Below are positions 60,201 through 64,000 of a stretch of 64,000 bases of DNA, in pieces. The translations under genes and the position numbers were made by a program. The notes under the pieces are model-generated. The model ran no database searches. It was not told where the DNA came from and saw only the letters and a list, made by a program, of their open reading frames with translations. Origin of the DNA: Aquabacterium sp. (GTDB lineage Bacteria > Pseudomonadota > Gammaproteobacteria > Burkholderiales > Burkholderiaceae_C); NCBI GenBank assembly GCA_029865965.1, contig JARXAJ010000182.1, forward strand, positions 12,844 to 76,843. Direction: 5' to 3'. Every line of letters starts with the position of its first letter. Position 1 is the first letter of the stretch.

Positions 60201-62819
60201 CTGACCGAGCCCACCCAGCCCGCCGGCACGGTGAACGGCCGCACCACGGCGGGCACCTTGGGTGGCACCGCCACGGGGCCCGCTGTCACGCCGTCGGCCA
60301 TCAGCACCATCAGTCTGCCGGCAGGCGTGCAGAGCCTGGCCAACAACTTCGGCGAGATCGGCAGCTCGCCCGACCTGCGGGTGGCCAAGTCGCACAACCC
60401 TGCGGTGGTGACGGTGAACAACCGCTTCACTGCCACCCTGGCGGTGGGCAACGCCGGCGAGGCGGCCACAAGCGGCAGTTACACCGTCCGTGACCGTTCA
60501 CTGCCCGGCATGGTGCTGGCGGGCACGCCCACCGGCACAGGCTGGGTCTGCACCGGCGCAGCGGGTGATACCGCATTCAGCTGCAGCAGCAGTGCCGTGC
60601 TGGCGCCTGCCGGCCAGGCGGGCGCCAGCGCGGCACCCATCACTGCCCCGCTACGCGTGACAGCCGACGCGTTGGCCCGCGCACCTCTGCAGAACCTGGT
60701 GCTGGTCGAGGGCGGCGGTGAGCTGCCCGCCCGTGCGCCCAGCGACACCGACCGCGCCGCCTTCAACGCCGGCCCTGCCGATGCGCTGCCGGTGTGTGAT
60801 GCGGCGGTGCTGCACAACGTCTGCCGAGACCCGGCGGTGGTGCAGGCCAGCGCGTCGATCGCCGGCACGGCCTGGTTCGAATCCGGCCCGGTGCCGCGCC
60901 AGCTCGACGGCAGCGACCGCCGGCTGCCGGGCTGGACAGTGGAGATCCTCGACGCCAGCGGCGCGGTGGTGGCCACCACCACCACCGGCGCCGACGGCAC
61001 CTGGCAACTGGCCGATCTGCAGCCCGGCGTGCCACTGCAAGTGCGCTACCGCCACCCGGAGACGGGCGTGGCCTTCGGCTACCCGGTCAACGGCGACACG
61101 GGTCCCGGCTCGTCAGGCGTCAGCTGCAACCGCGCCGGCGCAGCCACCCAAGGCATTGCCAGCAGTTGCCCCGGCAGCAACGGCGAGCTTGTCATGGACG
61201 TGGTGCTGGCCCCGGGCCGGCTGCTGCCGCAACAGAGCCTGCCGGTTGGTTTTGACCCGAGCGGCGTTCTGTACGACGCGGGCACCCGCGCGCCGGTGGG
61301 CGGCGGCACGGTGACGCTGGCGCCCGTTCCTGGCTCTTGCAGGGGTGGCAATGCATGGAGCCCGCGCGATCAGGTGGTCGGTGCCACCATGGGTGGCTAC
61401 ACCATCAACGGTGATGCCATCTCGATGGCCGTGGGCAGCGACGGGCTGTATCAGTTCCTGTTCCTGCCCAACGCGCCGGCACGTTGCAGCTTCACCATCA
61501 GCGTGACCCCGCCGGGTGGCTACACCGCGCCGTCGGTGCTGATCCCGGCCAACCCGGGCAGCCTGATGCTGCCGATCGGCCCTGGCAGCTTCCCGGTGCA
61601 GGCCCAGGCCGCACCACCGGCCATTGGCGACCCCACCACCTGGTACACCACGGTGGAAACCGGCGCCACCGGCCCGGCCATCATCCACAACCACATCCCG
61701 CTCGACCCGGTACTGCCCGGCGGCATCCGCCTGCAAAAAACCGGTGACCGTGCCGTGGCCGAGTTGGGCGACACGCTGCGCTACAGCATCACCGTGCAGC
61801 TAACTGGCGGCGCCCGGCCGCGCCAGACCACGGTGGTCGACCGGCTGCCCGCCGGCTTCACCTACATCGCTGGCACGGCCAGCGTGGACGGCGTGCGCAT
61901 CGCTGACCCGGTGGGCGCGAATGGTCCCAACGTCGGGTCTGTGCTCGCCTTCAACCTGGGTGCCATGCCTGCCACCAACCGCCAGGTGCTGCAGTACCGG
62001 GTGCGGTTGGGCGTGGGCAGCCAGCAGGGCGATGGCATCAACCGCGCCCGCGCCCATGCCTGCGGTGTGCCGGCCGGCTGCGTGGGCCTCGACGGCCGCA
62101 CACCGCTGCCGGGCAGCGTGGCCACCAATGAAGGCCAGCACCGGGTGCGCGTGACCGGCGGCGTGTTCGCACCCGAGGCCTGCCTGCTGGGCAAGGTGTT
62201 CGTCGATTGCAACGGCAACCATGTGCAGGACCGCGAAGAGCTGGGCGTGCCCGGCGTGCGCCTGTTGCTGACCGACGGCACCAACCTCATCAGCGACAGC
62301 GAGGGCAAGTACAGCGTCTGCGGCCTGCCGCCGCGCAGCCATGTGCTGCGCATCGACCCGCACACCCTGCCGCGTGGCAGCCGCCTCACCGGCAGCAGCA
62401 ACCGCAATCTGGGTGACGCCGGCAGCCTGTGGCTGGATTTGAAGAACGGCGAGCTGCACCGCGCCGACTTCATCGAAGGCAGCTGCAGCAACACCGTGCT
62501 CGACCAGGTCAAGGCCCGCCGCGCCCAGGGCGAGGTGCGTGCGCCCGAGACCGAGCGTGCCGGCCAGCCCGCATTGCGCTTCGATAGCAAGGCCCACGGG
62601 CTGGACGCCATCAGCAGCCCCGCCCAGGGCACCGATGGCGCCAACCAGCTGGCCCCCAAGCCCCGGGCCACCGACGCCGCACCCGCCCGCGCCGCCGCCG
62701 ATGGCATGGAACAACACCAGCCCACACCCGCCTTGCCGATGAACCGACCTCCGCCACCCGGGCGATCCACCAGCCAGGCGGCCGATGACGCCAACGGAGG
62801 CCGCGATGCAAAACGCTGA
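54282..62819 (+). CDS. Giant secreted repeat protein with DUF11 and SdrD-B-like Ig domains (putative adhesin)
   Basis: Signal peptide ...RRVWRR..LMLGLAAALLPTLALA; about 10 DUF11-type repeats (DL.ItK....pv..G..vtY.l.v.N.GP) and about 9 SdrD-B-type repeats (SisG.VyvD.n.nG...G.Y.F); ORF open from 54231. Confidence 0.9.
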   Translation: MDAAHAAVAATVGQGVHKGAWLRRVWRRGSGLMLGLAAALLPTLALAADPQVAALVDNPDPVAAGGTYTYTVRVDNNAVDAATNTRLNFSVPGGAALVSVSPASANCVASSSTTVRCNLGTVGALGSDVRTIVLTWRAVVAGPSVINATATVTADNDANNANNTQTDSTTVVEGGNLALTKTGTPSPVPGGGVVTYTLTASNSGPNAGGAMVITDNLPPSVSFLTATGTGWACGHSAGVVTCNRAGTLAVGASAPPVTITGRVTAAGGTITNTASVEPATGGVLDPVPNNNVATVDTPVIPGADVRIAQKSVTSTQPATAGSNVSFQIQPRNDGPSAAVNAVVTDTLPAGWGFVSAVSTGWACGATGQVVTCTRASLPQGNTDNITVVATAPATVAPGGSTFTNTASIRSDTPDGNTGNNSGSVNVAVRPDGADLRLSKTKTPNPVALGSDMVSTITVTNGGPRVATGPLRVVEVLSGEAFVSATGSGWSCALVSAAVVCEHPNASTLAVNAPLPALRITTTATVAGAARNQACTGGSIPAGGPAGQASPPAQGDANPGNDCATVTSTSTTIRPDLGITKTTSTPTGGDKTVSTSEASVTYRLVVSNLSPGSDGATGVRFTDSVPGFIAGRTTFGAFNPVVTAGSTAIFNCAASGATVTCNQAGGGIFAPGETVTMDVVVNRPLAAGSFVNTATVTNTLEGDPNSANNTASDTVVIEPIADVEMTGKTVTPGSVRAGENVTYVLSYRNNGPSTAQGVVVADGFSFAAGDTGFTVVSIASSRSGSSCSIAAGAQIMPATPDFSCTIGTLANGETQSVTAVLRPNFLAGNPARTVDNTATITTTSRENPAGGTNGNNVRTATLTINPAQLNLLTNKSDAVDPVPFYVAGGGPNGGTFISYQVRVSNTGPSYGTGVRVSEVMTPPAGKRVRFVCDTTTLGGSTCNSPPLCSVSDQTSAAGVALPTFTCAAPAGNATTGLARGDLAANQSKSIFLRFEAMDQPAPLGDVFRNVATVSANEPDSNPTNDAASEPTTTRQRVDLRVSKNAGGLTAVAINQPFNWTVVAENRGPGNSLQTDLTDTLPAGALLTGPVTFTRTSPAGAGTCSVSGQTINCGLGLLNAGGVATITVPVRFTSLPGGGAATNSATVDVDPAKTGGIDTPGGNNTGTHTINVTAPSLAGLVFQDRDRASANAGTPQAAGAEPRLAGVAVRLTGTDAFGNAIDRSTTTAADGSYSFTQLPPSDAAGYTVSQTQPAGFANGPASPPAAGGAAPTAGGSYSAGGGIGNSSFSGVVLTASTTATQYNFPEVRQPSLSGFVYVDSNRNGVRDAGIDLAIANATVRLLNAGNGALLATAATDSSGAYSFTGLDPSVLYTLEEPLPASPANLANGSVNPGLVNGAACTGGCTAQADAPAAGTDRITGIDLGAGMDGTQFNFGERQLASISGLVYVDADRNNTLGGADTGRLANVVVRLVQGADCASGTTLQATATGADGSYRFDNVVAGQGYLLCQTQPAGYGNGNANGTAGSNSIAIPLLAAGGSADNRFGELAASLAGSVYQDNGTGVAAQADNGVKDAGEVGIANVPITVTGTDALGNAVNRSTTTDAGGNWRIDGLLAADGSGYTVVEGSIPPASGSFVDGRETAGSAGGNAAAVNDRISAVALAAGQQAAGYLFGELGIAPISGTVYIDLNRNNALDALPTDGRIPGVTLNLVRGTDCSAAPVASTVTDAAGNYSFSGVAAGLSHTICQVQPAGFLQGAENPGTGNTSTANAITIGNLPVGGSAGNHFGEIASNSVIAGRVWLDTDNGGTVNGSEAGIAGVVITLTGTDTAGNAVRRTTMTDNTGNYRFEALPPGTYALGEPIQPAGTLGGRTVAGSTGGTATAPGTAPSAITGITLGLSQTSSDNNFGELPAALVAGRVYADNNDNGSIDATETGLLGVVVNLIGTDDLGAAVTRSATTGADGSYAFDNLRPGSYSLTEPTQPAGTVNGRTTAGTLGGTATGPAVTPSAISTISLPAGVQSLANNFGEIGSSPDLRVAKSHNPAVVTVNNRFTATLAVGNAGEAATSGSYTVRDRSLPGMVLAGTPTGTGWVCTGAAGDTAFSCSSSAVLAPAGQAGASAAPITAPLRVTADALARAPLQNLVLVEGGGELPARAPSDTDRAAFNAGPADALPVCDAAVLHNVCRDPAVVQASASIAGTAWFESGPVPRQLDGSDRRLPGWTVEILDASGAVVATTTTGADGTWQLADLQPGVPLQVRYRHPETGVAFGYPVNGDTGPGSSGVSCNRAGAATQGIASSCPGSNGELVMDVVLAPGRLLPQQSLPVGFDPSGVLYDAGTRAPVGGGTVTLAPVPGSCRGGNAWSPRDQVVGATMGGYTINGDAISMAVGSDGLYQFLFLPNAPARCSFTISVTPPGGYTAPSVLIPANPGSLMLPIGPGSFPVQAQAAPPAIGDPTTWYTTVETGATGPAIIHNHIPLDPVLPGGIRLQKTGDRAVAELGDTLRYSITVQLTGGARPRQTTVVDRLPAGFTYIAGTASVDGVRIADPVGANGPNVGSVLAFNLGAMPATNRQVLQYRVRLGVGSQQGDGINRARAHACGVPAGCVGLDGRTPLPGSVATNEGQHRVRVTGGVFAPEACLLGKVFVDCNGNHVQDREELGVPGVRLLLTDGTNLISDSEGKYSVCGLPPRSHVLRIDPHTLPRGSRLTGSSNRNLGDAGSLWLDLKNGELHRADFIEGSCSNTVLDQVKARRAQGEVRAPETERAGQPALRFDSKAHGLDAISSPAQGTDGANQLAPKPRATDAAPARAAADGMEQHQPTPALPMNRPPPPGRSTSQAADDANGGRDAKR

Positions 62820-64000
62820 CCGCCGCTGTCATTCGTTCCGCCGCACAGCGCTGGCGCTGGCGGCGCTGCTGGCGGCGTCCCAGTCGCACACCGCCGGCGC
62901 CCAGCCTGCGCCCCAGTCGGCACCGCCGACCGGGTCGCCCACCGATGTGCGCTACACGCCCATCAATGGCGACGCGCCGCTCCTCTATCCGCGCGTCCCT
63001 GGTGCCGATGCCGAGCCCGGCCAGGTGCTGCTGGGCAACACACCGTATGCGGTGAACGCAGCCGTCGGACGCATCGTCGTGGAGGTTGACCGCAACGCCG
63101 TGCCGGCCGACGGCCAGAGCCCGGTGGAACTGGTGCTGAAGCTCTACGGCCGCGACGGCCAGCCACTGAAGACCAGCGCCTTCGTCACCATCGAGCATTC
63201 CGGCGGCCGCATCCTGCTGCCCGGTGGGCGCACTGATGAATTCGGCCCGCGCGGGCTGGACGCCGACCGTGCCACGCCCGGCGTGCAGTTGAAGGTGGAC
63301 GGTGGCACCGCCCGCTTCACCCTGCTGGCGCCCGACCAGGCGCAAGACGTGCGCGTGCGGGTGTCGGCCGGCGCGCAGGAGGCGGCGGGCGTCGTCAGCT
63401 TCATCCCCGAGCTGCGGCCGATGGTGGCCGCCGGCCTGATCGAAGGCGTGGTCAACCTGCGGCGCGGTGCGCTGCAAGCGGTGCAGCAGGGCGATGTGTT
63501 CGAGCGCGAGATTCAGGCCTGGAGCCGCAGCTTCAACCAGGGCAAGGCCAACCTGGGCGTGCGCACCGCCTTCTACCTGAAGGGCACGGTGCGCGGCAGC
63601 CTGCTGCTGACCGCCGCCTACGACAGCGACAAGGACACCCGCGCCCGCCTGCTGCGCGACATCCGCCCCGATGAGGTGTATCCGGTGTACGGCGACTCGT
63701 CGTTGCGCACTGTGGATGCGCGCTCGGGCAGCAAGCTGTTCGTGCGGGTCGACAAGGACAAGAGCTACGCGCTGTTCGGCGACTTCGTCACCGGTGATGG
63801 CTTCACGCAACCGGGTTTTCCTGGCCAGGGGCCGGGCGCCAGCGCCAGCCTCAAGCAACGCAGCCTGGGCCAGTACAACCGCAGCGCCACCGGCGTGCGG
63901 CTGCACCATGAGAAAGACGGCCTCACCGGCAATGTCTTCGCCTTCCACGACAGCCTGCGCCAGGTGGTGCAAGAGTTCGCCAGCCAGGGCAGCGGCCCCT
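62806..64000 (+). CDS. Large uncharacterised exported protein, probable outer-membrane partner of the DUF11 protein (partial; runs off the window)
   Basis: Absent from the ORF track (no stop in window); GGAGG RBS, ATG 62806, MQNADRRCHSFRRTALALAALLAA signal, VPADGQS Ig-like segment, then AFYLKG...LLTAAYDSDK...YPVYGDSS...LFVRVDK. Confidence 0.85.
   Translation, partial: MQNADRRCHSFRRTALALAALLAASQSHTAGAQPAPQSAPPTGSPTDVRYTPINGDAPLLYPRVPGADAEPGQVLLGNTPYAVNAAVGRIVVEVDRNAVPADGQSPVELVLKLYGRDGQPLKTSAFVTIEHSGGRILLPGGRTDEFGPRGLDADRATPGVQLKVDGGTARFTLLAPDQAQDVRVRVSAGAQEAAGVVSFIPELRPMVAAGLIEGVVNLRRGALQAVQQGDVFEREIQAWSRSFNQGKANLGVRTAFYLKGTVRGSLLLTAAYDSDKDTRARLLRDIRPDEVYPVYGDSSLRTVDARSGSKLFVRVDKDKSYALFGDFVTGDGFTQPGFPGQGPGASASLKQRSLGQYNRSATGVRLHHEKDGLTGNVFAFHDSLRQVVQEFASQGSGP

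Noticed and set aside
1-64000. Many long antisense or alternative-frame ORFs in the track (e.g. 9286-11760+, 13004-14812-, 24668-26710-, 39033-40844-, 55287-58031-, 62611-63972-)
   Set aside because: Shadow ORFs expected from GC-rich codon bias; they overlap well-supported genes and show no family motifs
1-64000. CRISPR array, tRNA, rRNA, transposase, integrase or prophage genes
   Set aside because: No regularly spaced repeats, cloverleaf or mobile-element motifs seen; repeats in 54-62 kb are diverged protein-domain repeats

Overview
High-GC chromosomal window, most likely from a betaproteobacterium of the Burkholderiales (Rubrivivax/Ideonella/Aquabacterium-like; inferred from gene order and sequence style). 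It is mostly core genome. In order: RND efflux genes with TetR, uppP, trmB, rpsU, an assimilatory nitrate/nitrite reductase cluster (nirBD-nasA-ybiB) with a divergent ANTAR regulator carrying two NarX-like P-box domains, zapBA-6S RNA-EVE-TauE, a cobalamin-riboswitch btu/cob salvage operon containing hollowed-out gene remnants (cobB, cobO/cobQ), DUF2141 and carotenoid-oxygenase relics, nth-rsxB-phaZ, tyrB, uvrB, an isc operon with an inserted GNAT gene, ybgC-tolQRA, nusB-ribH-ribBX, bpt-aat, a PEP-CTERM gene and an SDR/hydrolase/double-TetR cluster. At the right end is a ~2850-aa secreted DUF11/SdrD-B repeat protein overlapping a large uncharacterised exported protein that runs off the window. 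No rRNA, tRNA, CRISPR array, transposase or phage gene was seen. The best candidates for undescribed biology are the DUF11 giant plus partner, the cytoplasmic ANTAR nitrate sensor, and a sigma54 promoter placed to bypass a terminator inside the isc operon. All assignments come from motif recognition by eye; no searches were run.
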